A DNA stretch of 64,000 bases from Mobula hypostoma (Eukaryota). Both the position numbers and the translations under genes were made by a program. The stretch is from assembly GCF_963921235.1 (NCBI RefSeq), contig NC_086109.1, forward strand, positions 22,756,001-22,820,000. The letters run 5' to 3'. Of the stretch, positions 1 to 12,131 are shown piece after piece. How positions within the stretch are numbered: position 1 is the stretch's first letter; every line of letters begins with the position of its first letter. The notes beneath the pieces were generated by a model. That model did not search any database and had not been told where the DNA came from. It saw only the letters and a program-made list of their open reading frames with translations.

Positions 1-589
1 ACCCAATGATTCACTATTGGCATTTAGGATGTGCAAATGCCTTCTCCTAAGTCTTTTCAACTCTATTCATCATCAGTTCTCTAAAATGTCATTTTCCTTT
101 GGATATCTTTGTGCTATATGTCACCCTATGGAAGCAGTAGATTACAAATTCTAAACATTCTTTGGTCAAGTAACTTGTTCTGAATTTATTTGTGACATTT
201 ACAACATCAATTTCTGAATTCCCATTGACTTGGTACATTTTCTCTGGAACTATTTTATCAAACCACTCCAGCATTTGAAAAACCTTAATTAGGCCCCTTC
301 AAAGCTTTTTCTTCTTACCCTGTGCAAAAAAAAAACCTCAAACTGTACAGTGATTCAATATTTCCTTCTGATTTTGTAATCTTTCACTTGCACCAATCTT
401 GCATACTTTCCTTCATTTATCCAGTACACATAATCAGACCAATTCCAGTCACTTGACAAGTCCTTCCTGTCACATGACAAATTTACATTGCAAGCCAGCT
501 TTAATTAAGCTGTTTTGCACATTAACCATTGCCATATCAGTGATTTTTAACAATATTAATGTGGTTTTCACAAAAGAAGTAGTGTATAA

Positions 590-1830
590 TCAAATTTCAA
601 AGTAAATTTATTATCAAAGTACATTTATGTCACCATATACAACCCTGAGATTCATTTTCTTGTGGCATTCACAGTGAATCCAAAAAACACAATAGTGACC
701 AAGAAGGGGTAACTACAATGACACTCTCCCGTTTAACTTGGCAAAAGAGCTTTGCAACTGTCACAGATAATCATTGAACCATACTTACTGGGGAGATCTC
801 ATTGAAACCTTTTGAATATTGAAAGGCCAAGAAAGAGTAGATGTGGAAAGGCTGTTCCTCATGGAGGGAGAGTCTAGAACAAGAGGGCACAGCCTCAGGA
901 TAGAGGGGCGCCCTTTCAAAACAGAAATGTGGAGAAATTTCTTTAGCCAGAGGGTGGTGAATTTGTTGCCACATTCAGCTGAGGAGGCCAGGTTGTTGGG
1001 TGTACTTAAGTTAGAGATGGATAGGTTCTTTATTGGACATGGCATTAAAGGTTACGGGGAGAAGGCAGTAAACTGTGGTTGAGGAGCTGAAAAAAAGGAT
1101 CAGCCATGATTGAATGGTGAAGCAGACTCGATGGGCCAGATGGCCTAATTCTGCTCTTATGTCTTATGGTCTTAATCCATGAAAGATTGCACCTGACAGA
1201 AACTTTGCAAATACGTAAAAATCAAAACAACAATAATTAAATAAGCAATAAATATTGAGAACATAAGATGAAAAATCCTTGAAAGTGAGTCCATAGGATG
1301 AGGAAACAGTTCAGTGATGAGGCGAGTGAAGTTATCCCCTCTGGTTCAAGTGCCTGATGGTTGAGGGGTAATAACTGTTCCTAAACCTGGTGGTGTGGGT
1401 CCCGAGGCTCCTGATGGCAGCTGTGAGAACAGAGCATGGCCGGGGCGGTCAGTGTCCTTAATGATGAATGCTGCTTTCCTGTGACAGTGTTCCACTCACT
1501 GAAGGGGAGGACTTTACCCATGATGGACTGGGCTGCACCCACTGCTTTTTGTGGGGGTTTCCATTCAAGGGCATTGGTGTTTCCATACCAGGCCGTGATG
1601 CAACCAGTCAATATACTCTCCACCACACCTCCGTAAAAGTTTGTCAAGGTTTTAGATGTCATGCCAAATCTTCGCAAACTTCTAAGGAAGTAGAGGCCTC
1701 CACGCTTTCTTAATGATGGCACTTGTGTGCTGGGCCTAGTACAGATCCTGGATTATGTCGCTCTTCTAAATTGATATCAAAGTTCCTACTGTCTTCCATA
1801 TCAAACTTCGAAACTGGCTCAAAATGCCCC
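590..1830 (-). mobile_element. Rex1/Babar-type LINE 3' fragment, interrupted at about 696-1173
   Basis: The minus ORF 1381-1722 reads LYFLRSLRRFGM..ESILTGCITAWYGN, a Rex1 RT C-terminus. The 3' tail (..taaatttgatttgaa type) recurs many times in the window. Confidence 0.8.
785..1173 (+). mobile_element. CR1 LINE 3' fragment
   Basis: Encodes SRTRGHSLRIEGRPFKTEMWRNFFSQRVVNL. Ends in the CR1 3' hairpin and (tcttatgg)-type tail. Confidence 0.9.
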
Positions 1831-2671
1831 TTCCTTCTTGCAGAAATTGATAATTCAGCAAAAGTCTTCCGAATTTCAAAATATATTATTTGAAATAAAC
1901 ATCTAAACAAAACAATATAATAAACAAAACTGTTCATTAAATCTCTCTGCCTCCCTGCCTGTCTTTCCTCTAAAATTCACTTAAAATGTGTCTCTGTAAC
2001 CTGTTTTTGGTCATTAATTGATTAGCTCTGTAAGTGTCCTCATTATCTGATTTTCTGAGGATACACTTGAAGTATTTTAGTACATTAGAGACACAACATA
2101 AATGCAATTCATTCCACCCCGCCCCCCCATCAAGCCAATAAACCATGAGTGTATTCATCGCCATACCTTTCCCCTTTCATTATCCCTCACCGAAACCTAG
2201 CTTCAGTGCTGTTTATACAACACAAGCTCCAAATAATCAGGTCTAACCTGATGTTAACACAGCTCATTTTGATGGAGTTAAGTGTCAATATGTAGTAATG
2301 TAATCACTGCTGTCAACACCGCGTAGAGCGAAGTCTAGATTCTCTTTTTAAATCTTTTACAAGTCTCCTAGCAACCGGGACTGTTCAGTGTGGGAGCAAA
2401 GGTCAGCATCCTGTATCTATGTAAACAATGCAGCCAGACAAAAACTCACAATGACTTCCACCATCAAAGAAAATGTGTCTGCACATTGCACAATAGCAGT
2501 AGGTCAGGCAATCTGGGGAGCTGAACTATAATCCAAATAGATGAATTTAAGTCATATCGTGGCAGCTCGGGAATTTAAATTCAATTAATCAAATAAAATC
2601 TGGAATTAAGCCATTCTGTTGATTGTTCTAAAAACCCACCTGGCTCAGTAACGTGCATTACATTATGTGAC

Positions 2672-2910
2672 CTGTATGACACCATAAGACAAAGGAGCAG
2701 AATTAGGACATTTGGCTTGTTGAGTCTGCTCCACCGTTCCATCATGGTTGATTTATTATCCCTTTCAACCCACTCTCTGGCCTTCTCCCTGTAACCTTTA
2801 GTGCCCTTACTAATCAAGAAGCTATCCTCTGCTTCAAATATATCCAATGACTTGGCCTCCACAGCTGTCTGTGGCATTAAATTCCACAAATTCACCACCT
2901 TCTCGCTAAA
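2672..2910 (-). mobile_element. CR1 LINE 3' end
   Basis: Minus frame reads VVNLWNLMPQTAVEAKSL. Tail accataagac. Confidence 0.85.
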
Positions 2911-3061
2911 AAGTAGTTATCTTGCATTGTATCTCACCACTCAAACTCAGAAAAGTGGGAGAATCAGAGAGTTTTAGATTCATAAACCATGGAAACAGAC
3001 CTTTGGCCCAGCCAGTCTTTGTTAATCATCCATGCTCTTTTTGACCAATATCCCTCTAAAC

Positions 3062-3142
3062 CAGAGGTTCCCAACCGTTTTTTCTGCTTTGGACCAATAC
3101 CGTTAAGCAAGAGGTCCGTGGACCCCAGGCTGGGAACCCCTG
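3062..3142. mobile_element. ~80-bp hAT-type MITE inside a CR1 fragment (about 2970-3510, -)
   Basis: Termini CAGAGGTTCCCAACC...GGCTGGGAACCCCTG. 8-bp TSD ctctaaac/ttctaaac. Confidence 0.85.
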
Positions 3143-4416
3143 TTCTAAACCTTTCCTATCCATTTTCTTAAACAAATGTTTTCTTTGTGTGTTGCTATTG
3201 TACCTGCTCCAATAATTTCCTCTGGAATCTTGTTCCATATAGACACCACATTCTGTGTGTAAAAAAGATAAATAATTAGATTAATTAATTCGGTAAAGTT
3301 GTACCTCAATTTCCCCTGTTAAACCTACACACTCTCGTACTTGGTTCTCTCACCCAAGGGAAATGACTGTGTGCATTCATCTTATCTCTGCCCCTCATGA
3401 TTGTGACACAACTCTGTGAGGTCACCCCTCAGTCTCCTATGCTCCAAGGAATAAAGTCCTAGCAGGCCCAACGTCTCCCTATAATTCAGTCCCTCGAATC
3501 CTGGCTACATCTCTTGAGTTCAGACAATATCTTAACTGCCATCTGTTTTGACCCAGCAAGAGTCAGAGTGATAGAGAGATACAGCACAGGTGACTGGTGC
3601 TGACTTCAGCCCACATCGTCAGCACCAATCAGTACAAACTCCATACAGAAAGTGGTGAGAATTGAACCCCAATCTTACAATCACTGATGCCAAGATAGCA
3701 CTATGCTACCATGCCATGTGAACATACCAATTGCCAATGTTAAATTAAAGTTAAAATTACCAACGTTTGGCAAAATGGTAAGCTTAAAGTCCTAAAAATT
3801 GCTGAAGTTGAACTAGAGCAGTGAGGAAAGGACTTCAGGGAATATTTTTCTAACAGTCTGTGGCTACCTGGTCATTAACCCATCAAACCACAGGAGGAGA
3901 TCTTGTAGTCCATTGTGCATGTGCAAACTCTTGAGAGAGCTATCCAACTAATCATTTGACAAATTGCAGAGATTAGTGCTGGATATGAAGGAATTTATTT
4001 TATAGGGTTTTGCCATTAAGTATCAATTATTAAATACTTGGAGAGAAATCTTCAGGGCTATATAGAGAGAGGGCAAGGGAAGCTGGGCCATTTGGATGGA
4101 TTGGGAGAAGGAAAGTGAACCACACAGCCTTCTTTTTGTGATGTATCACACTATGAATTCTGTAACTAGCAAATCTACATCAAAAGTACCTTAATACAGC
4201 AACTTCTACAAGTATGACGCAGGCAATGATCTATCAGTATGCAGGTAACATGAATCATGTGATCGCTAGAATATCCTGCATCATACCCCATTTGGCAACT
4301 TAAAGCATTATATAGACGCGGTGTTTAGTTCTTGAGCGTGAACAAAACTTCTGTGTAAAGACATGAATTTCTCCAGGTTGTCAATTTGTATAAAAAATAA
4401 CATACATAAATATCTG

Positions 4417-4647
4417 CAACACACACAAAAGTTGCTGGTGAACGCAGCAGGCCAGGCAGCATCTCTAGGAAGAGGTGCAGTCGACGCTTCAGACCGAGAC
4501 CCCTCGTCAGGACTAACTGAAGGAAGAGTGACTCGGCCTGAAACGGCGACTGCACCTCTTCCTAGAGATGCTGCCTGGCCTGCTGCGTTCACCAGCAACT
4601 TTTGTGTTTGTTGCTTGAATTTCCAGCATCTGCAGAATTCCTGTTGT
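4417..4647. mobile_element. Self-inverted Penelope-like terminal-repeat element with a hammerhead motif
   Basis: 83-bp inverted arms at 4416-4498 and 4532-4614. The sequence matches the end of the GIY-YIG element at 53346-53490. TSD atacataaata(t/c)ctg at 4402-4416 and 4648-4662. Confidence 0.85.
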
Positions 4648-5954
4648 ATACATAAATACCTGATTGGATTTCAACAGTTAATTTCCAGGTTAATGAGATC
4701 TTCAAAGAGGCTCTGTAAAACATGTCCAGAATTGGAAAGAGATATTTTTATCTTTTCCCGAATCTCTGTGTGTTGACTTGTAACAGTTGTGGATGGCAGC
4801 CAATGAATTGGAACAATCTCAAATCAGTAGACTCTGGCAGGCAGGATGAGAATACAGCCTGGCCTTGAAAAGCTAACATTTGGCCTTTTATGGTAACAGT
4901 CGTGCAGAAACAAACAGAAAACACAGCAATGGAAATGAGAACATTCAGTTTGGGGAATTTGTTGTTAAACAGCGAGTAAGATTCATCGATTTGCAGAATG
5001 ATACAGCACTGAAAGCTATTCATCCTTCATGCCCATACTAGCAAGCTGATGACACTGAAGTAAAAAATCAGTTGTGATCTCATTGATTGACAGAATAGGT
5101 GTGAGAGGGCTAATGGCCCTGCTTCTATTTCTTAAATCCTTATTTTCCAGCTTCTTAAAAATAAATATAACATTAAGCTCAGCATCCCCCTCATCCTTTC
5201 CTTGTGGCCTTCCACAGCATTTCCGCTTCAAATATTTATCTCTTTTCAAAGCCATTATTGCTTCTGCTTACATGGTCCTTTCAAATCATGCTTCCTAGAG
5301 CATAACAACACATTATAAATAAGGAATCTTCATTCCACCTCAATCCCACCCCCTCTAGCATCCCTTCACTATCTCAATTTCTTTTGCCAATTGCCTTAAA
5401 ATTCTGTCCTCAGTATTTAAATAGTGATTAACGTGAGGGATTAAGGAAGGCAGATGGAATTGTAAGGGCACCAGGAGGAAGCATTGGAATTGAAGCTAGC
5501 TGATTATTAGGGGAGAACAGGAAAATGCCCAAAGCTGAAGTCAGTTCAGGCCAGTCAGAGCTTAGCTTTTGTCATCTGCTGTGTTTTATGGGCATGTCAC
5601 TGGCAAGTCAGCCAACATCAGTTTTAGTGAATAGACTGCCAGCTTGGTACTCATCAGATCACTCAGTTATACAAGCTTACTGCTTGTGAGAGAGGGTCAA
5701 ATGAAAATTTGCCCTTTTCTGCTGCCCCACAAAACACAATAACTGGGTTCAATCAGACAACTGCAGAGAAGCTCCCACTCATCGCTAACACCGAAATTAA
5801 AAGCTATAAATAAATACTGTAAAGAGTTCGAAAGAAACTTCCTTACCCAAAATGTGGTTAATGAGTGTATTACTCAGCACAGGTGATTTTAAAGATGATT
5901 TGGTCAGACAATTGAAGAAGGAAGGAATAGATGGATAACCTGAAAGATGAAGAG

Positions 5955-6780
5955 TGGAATCAGAATCGGGTTCATTATCACTGGCATATGTCATGAAATT
6001 TGTTAACTTTGTGGCAGCAGTACAATGCAATACATAATAAATATAGGAAAAAACTGAATTTCAGTAATTTTATACATATAGTTAAATTAAGATAATATGT
6101 GCAAAAACAGAAAGTTAAAAAAGCAGTGAGGTAGTGTTCATGGGTTCAATGTCCATTTACAAATCAGATGGCAGAGGGAAAGAAGCTGTTCCTGAATCAC
6201 TGAGTGTGTGTCTTCAAGCTTCTGTACCTCCTTCCTGATGGTAACAATGAGAAGCAGACATGTCCTGGGTAGTGTGGTTCAGTGAAGATGGAAATGCTTC
6301 TTTGAAGCACCACTCCTTGAAGATGTCTTGGATACTATGGAGGTTAGCACCATAATGGAGTTGACTAATCTTACAACTCTCTGTAGCTTACTTCGATCTT
6401 GGGTAGTAGCAACCACCCCCCCCCATACCAGATGGTGATGCAGCCAGTCAGAATGCACTCCATGATACATCTGTAGAAGTTTTTAAGTGTTTTAGGTGCC
6501 AAATCAAATCTCCTCAACCTCCTGATAAAACATAGCTGCTGTTTGCCACCTTTATAGCTGCATCGATATGATGGGACCAGGTTAGATCCTCAGGGACATT
6601 GAGACCCAGGGACTTCAAACTGCTCACTCTCTCCACCTCTGATCCCTCTATGAGGATTGGTTCGCGTTCCTTCGTCTTACACTTTCTGAAGTCCACAAAT
6701 CAGCTCTTTGGTCTTAATGGCGTTTAGTGCAAGGTTGTCGCTGTGACACCACTCAACTCAGTGTATCTCGCTCCTGTACC
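5955..6780 (-). mobile_element. Rex1/Babar LINE 3' fragment
   Basis: Minus frame reads DFRK..EVERVSSLKSLGLNVPEDLTWSHH. Tail (aatcag)n. Confidence 0.85.
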
Positions 6781-7639
6781 TGAAGGAAAATTATGTGTGG
6801 TATACATGCTACCAAAGAGCAATTGCAGCCAATGTTTGTTACTATGCAGAAATTTCTTTCAAATAAATCTTCATAGTGAAAACTATAAATACACCAGTGT
6901 CTAGAGAAAACCTTGAATCTTAAGAATTGTTTTGACTCATGCATTGAATGAACACAAAAGTGATCAGATAATATACTCCATGGTCCTTGTATCATTGTTA
7001 TGAAACATCTTGGGCACAGTCATCCAGGAATAATGGCAGTAGTTAAAACACAATAGACACCCATACTCCACCATAAACCCCCATGTAGTAATTCTTTTGG
7101 GTATGAATTGAGGAAATGAGTACGTAAGATTTGCTAATGTCTATCAGTCAGCAAATACTTTTGTATGCAAGCCTGAATCTGCATTTGGAGACAGAAACAG
7201 ATGTTGAAATCTGAAGCAACAAGCAATCTTCTGGAGGAATATAGCACTCAAGTGGCAACTATGAGGGGATGGAATTTTATGGAAAAGGGATTGCACATGA
7301 TAGCTTAAGTGGGTACTTGGTAAACTTTGGAAAACAATTATATTTACAATTGGATTGTGTATTTAGAACTTGGTAGGTTTTCATCATTGTCATGAGCACG
7401 TCTATTGTTTAATGGTTCTACCTACATGCTCTGCATTTGTAAAACAAGAACAATTAGGTGGTTCGACAAAGCAGCAAGGAAATTTCCAAAGAGCTCAGTC
7501 ATGTTTATGGATAAACTTTACAGGGTAATAGTTTGACTTTCAGATTAAACTTGATGCATGTATTAGCTGCAAAGTACATGGGGAATCTCCAGCCTGTGTT
7601 GTGAAAGTTTTCCTCAGCTGTTAAAGAATATTTTGAACT

Positions 7640-8130
7640 TCTGTTTGAAGTGGTTTACCAGGATACCGTCTAGATTAGTGGGCAGGTGCTGTAACTAGAA
7701 AGTGAACAAACCAGTATTGTCTTCCATGGTATAGAAGAGACTGAAGGGAGTCTTTATAGAAGTTGATAAAATTATGAGAGATTTGGATAGAGGAAACATC
7801 CAGTATCTTTTTCCCCTGTGTTGAAGTGTTCAATATTAGAGGGCAGGCATTTAAGGCGTGAAGGGAAAGGGTAAAGTTCAAAGAAAATGTGTGGGGCAAG
7901 TTTTTTTTTACACAGAATGGTGAGTGCCTGGAATGTCAGTGGAGGTGGATACAATGGTGGCATTTAGGAGCCTCTTAGACAGGCAGGTGAAATGCATAGA
8001 ATTGAAGAACTTGAACGTGTGCAGGCAGAAGGGATTAAGGGTAATTAGGCATATTTGGCTTAAGTAGTTTAGCAGAACATCATTGGCCAAAAGACCTGTT
8101 TTTTTTTCTCTGCTGTTCTAAGTTCTATGC
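7640..8130 (+). mobile_element. Degraded CR1 3' fragment
   Basis: Similar to the RT C-terminus and tail of the other CR1 copies. Confidence 0.75.
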
Positions 8131-8399
8131 ATTCAGCCACATCCAGTCGTTTGGGAGAAGGATAGAAACTGAAGTTCTAAGTGAGGTCACTGCGCTGCAG
8201 GCAGCTTTAGCTCTTTTAGCTTCCTTTTGCATCCTCGGCTTCAATTAATAAATCTTGTTACTACCTCCTGATATCTTATTTCAACCTTTGTTTTTCAATA
8301 CAGAAAGTAGATTCTAACATTTTGTACTGACCATTTCAGGCTTTGATATTTGCTTCTTTGAAGAAGCTGAAAAATATCAACAAAAATATTAATGATACA

Positions 8400-8620
8400 A
8401 CAGCTCAATGGTAGCACTTTTTTGTGGGTTGATATCTCCACTACAGAGACATGAATCAAATGATGACTGCTATGTTAGTACTGAGACACAGCACTGTTAG
8501 AGGCATGTCCTTTCAAATGAGGTATTCAGTTGAGGTTGTCTCTTTCCTCTTAAGTGGATATAAAAGATCATGTGACAGTTTTTGAAGAAAAGCTAGGTGT
8601 TCCCTCAAGACCTGGCCTCC
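8400..8620 (+). mobile_element. Ancient Deu-domain SINE remnant
   Basis: gcactgttagaggcatgtcctttcaaatgag...gtggatataaaagatcatgtgac resembles the Deu central domain (from recall, no alignment run). Confidence 0.55.
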
Positions 8621-9726
8621 TGTAACTTTAAAAATAGACTTGTGCATGTGCCTGAACTGGTAATTGGCCTACGATTACAACACTTACCAAGATGCAGTGA
8701 AAGGATTTTGTTTGAATGCCACCCAGGCACAAGTACATCGAGGTAGTGAAGAAAGAAATATCAGAATGCAACATGTAGTGTTGAACTTACAGAGAATGTT
8801 CAGCACTGGTTTGGAAGTCAAGGTTACTATCACTCACAGTTGGAAGATTAAAGATTAGCTTTATTTGTCACATATTCATTGAAATATACAGTGAAGTGCA
8901 TCATTTGCATCAATGACCAACACAATCTGAAAGTGTGCTGGGCAGCCTGCAAGTTGCTGCCATTCTACCGGCACCAACATAGCATGCCCACAATTTATTA
9001 ACCCTAATCTATACGTCTTTGGAAAGAGGGGGAAACCTGAGCACTTAGACCACACAGTCACAGGGAGAATGTACAGATCGAGGAGAGAACTGAACCCGGG
9101 TTGCTGGCCCTGTTAGGTGTTGCACTAACTACTCTGCTACCGTGATGCCCCCAATCAACTTCACAACTCAAGGTCAATCCTGGCTACTTTGGACCTCTGT
9201 CACACCTCACTGATTTTCCTCACCGCTGCATGAAGGAAGTCACAAAACTGCCATATTTTCTCTTCATCCCGCAGTGGTAGGCAGAGTAACTACAGAGATT
9301 TCATTGAGACACAGTCTTCCCTAGGAGTGCAAATTCCACTCGTGAACAATGCAGCTTTCAAAGACATTTCTCACTACTTCCTCCCAGCGGGTCACGTCTG
9401 TATGGTCTTCGTGCAAAGGATTGAACTTCCTATATCCATCCAACTCCCAGTGAGTACATTCCCAACCTCCTCCTCCTCCCCCACAGCCCCATTCATTGCA
9501 GCATCATTACATTGCAACATTCCCCTAGAGCTAGAAGAGTTTTGTGTATATTGTCATGTGTTATTTTAAGAGATCTCCACCAAGATTTCAAATGTGAGGC
9601 TAAAAGCCCAACAATTTATTTATTCGATAATAGATTAAGAGTATTCTGAATTCCTACAGCTCAAAATTACACAAAAAAATCCCAACAATATTATCCTGGG
9701 AACTTTGAAATTGAACAGCTCCCTTT

Positions 9727-10615
9727 TAGACCATAAGACAAAGGAGCAGATTTTGGGACATTTGACCGATGAAGTCTGCTTCGCCATTCCATCATGGCTG
9801 ATTTATTATCCCTCTCAATCCCATTCTCCTGCCTTCTCCCCATAACCTTTGATGCCCTAGCTAATCAAGAACCTATGTTTTAAATATACCCAATGACTTG
9901 GCCTCCACAACCATCTGTGGCAATGAGTTCCACAGGAAACACTCTGGTTCCGTAAGTCTAGGGAAGGCAATCTCCGGCCCTGCCAAACATGTGAGATTGA
10001 AGCGCGAGCCCACCCCAAAACCCCCTGTTGGTGTGGATACTGCATGATTCATTACCCTGTTGCAAATAAGTGCCACGAAACAGCAGACAATACACTGCAT
10101 TCAATTGAAAGGTTTAGCTTTATAATTTGTAATTTGACTAAAGGGTTAGCAAAGAAAGAACAAAAAAAGAAAAGGGTCCATTTTAATGAAACAGTCTAAT
10201 GTGCACAAATTGGAGCTCACGGTTTCCCCTTCGCTGATCCTCCTTCGATCACCCCGGGCTTCGTCGAATCACGGCCCCGCTCCGGGTCGAAACCTACGAC
10301 CTCTCTCGCGTCTTCTTGCTTCATCTCCCACCAAACAAAAACCCCAAGCCCAGCCTTAGTGTCCTTCACCAGAGAAACCTCCCCTTAATTCGACCATCCT
10401 AACTGGATGGCACACAATTTTCCTATCTCGTATCTTCAACAGTAACCCAAACAAGCAGCTTGTACAGAACAGCACAAAATGAAATTACAGAACAGCATAA
10501 CAGTAAAAAATATGAACCAGGGCATTACACACAGACACCCTCTGTCTAAAGAGAGTCCTCCTCATCTCTGTTCTAAAGGGACATCCTTGTGTTCGGTGCT
10601 CTCTGGTCCTAGGCT
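9727..10615 (-). mobile_element. CR1 3' end split by a solo LTR
   Basis: The CR1 tail at 9727-9934 resumes in register at 10530. Confidence 0.8.
9935..10529. mobile_element. Probable solo LTR (595 bp)
   Basis: Imperfect terminal inverted repeat ggaaacactctggttc / gaaccagggcattaca, ending in CA. 4-bp TSD CACA. Interrupts a CR1 tail cleanly. Confidence 0.65.
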
Positions 10616-11214
10616 CCCATTTTGAGGTTTTTCAAAATAGTATTAGGATCACCCTCAACATTGTTTTAAGGCCATTAAAAGATTGTAAAGGTAGATACAA
10701 AATTTGTTTTATGGAAGATTGTGTGCTGGAGGATGTACTAGAACTATCTATAATAAAATGGATATAATATTCTGCATAATCGTACCTAATATTCAATACT
10801 AAACTAAACATATGAGATGATTTGTAAGCAGTGAAGCAAAGAAATAATTCTGAAGTAAAAAAAATAAAATTTTGTCCAATCATAATTAAACCCTTTTTGA
10901 ATACAGAGTAATGTAGCACTCAGATGCCACAATATTCCCTGATAATTAGAGTCTGGAACCAGACTCTGGGTTATTTTTGCCTTGAGCTCATGTTTAACAC
11001 AGTTATCCTACAATTAAGAAACATAATCGTTATTATCAAGGAAAGTAAACGGTTCAGTGATTTCAGTACAGCTGTGGCGACTTTCACTTTGGATTTGTTG
11101 CCTTTGAGGACGGCTTGTATTGACGTCAGTCTCCTACAGTCCAGCTATCAGAAACCATCAAGTAATCACAGGGTAATGCAGAGAAATGCCGTTTTATTTT
11201 TAGACTTGAGATCC

Positions 11215-11700
11215 ACACAGCTAATGATTCCAGGAAGGAAAAGCTTGTCATACGAGGAGCATTTGATGGATCTGGGCCTCTACTTACCAGAATTCAGAAG
11301 AATGAGGGGTAACCTCATTGAAACCTATCGTATGGTGAAAGGCCTTGATAGAGTGGATGTGGAGAGCATGTTTCATATGGTGGCAGAGGCTAAGACCAGA
11401 GAACACAGCCTCAGAATAGAGGGACATCCTTTTAGAAAGGAGATGAGGAGAAATTTCATTAGCCATAAAGTGGTGAATCTGTGAAAGTTGTTGCCACAGG
11501 CAGTTGTGGAGGCCAGATCATTGTGTAAACTAAGGCAGAGGTTGATAGTTTCTTGATTAGACAGGGCATGAAAGGATATGGGGACAAGGCAGGAGATTGG
11601 GTCTGAGAGGGAAAGTGGACTAGCCATGATGAAATGGCAGAGCAGACTCGATGGGCCAAATGGCCAGATTCTGCTCCATTATCTTATGACCTTATGGTTT
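11215..11700 (+). mobile_element. CR1 3' fragment
   Basis: Reads LMIPGRKSLSYEEHLMDLGLY..EFRRMRGNLIETY. CR1 tail present. Confidence 0.9.
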
Positions 11701-12131
11701 TACTGGAGTATTCCTAGGCAATCACTTACTGTTGAATATGCCAGTCTTAGTTTGAGAGAGGAGGGCATTCATTTCCCTAAGTCAATTCCATCTTTCAATT
11801 CAAGCAGCCTGAGAAAATATTAGGACAGATGATTTAGTGTAGCCGATGGTCATTTATTGTTGCATGCACACATAAAACTTGCAGCAACATCACAGGCGTA
11901 TAGCATCATATAAGCAGTATTCAGAAGAAGAAAACATAAATTAAACAATTTTTATAAGAAGGAACACAATTAGAAGAAAGAGCCAAGTCTATTTTAGTGC
12001 AAAGAGATCAAAGTAGTCACAGTGCTACTAAACTGTAGGATTAGGGTTTCGTCGGTTGGTTCAAGAACCAAATGGTTGAAGGGAAGTACCATCAGGGAAT
12101 TTGAGGATGGCACTGGAGCTGGAGCTAACTA

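Noticed and set aside
781..800. atacttactggggagat resembles the U1 snRNA 5' end, suggesting a U1-LINE chimera
   Set aside because: The match is short and gapped, and ggggagatct is explained by CR1 sequence.
4308..4776. Overlapping ORFs starting MLVNAAGQAASLGRG on both strands
   Set aside because: They are an artefact of the palindromic repeat, not genes.
4748..5023. 91-aa minus ORF in unique DNA
   Set aside because: No recognisable domain and poor splice signals.
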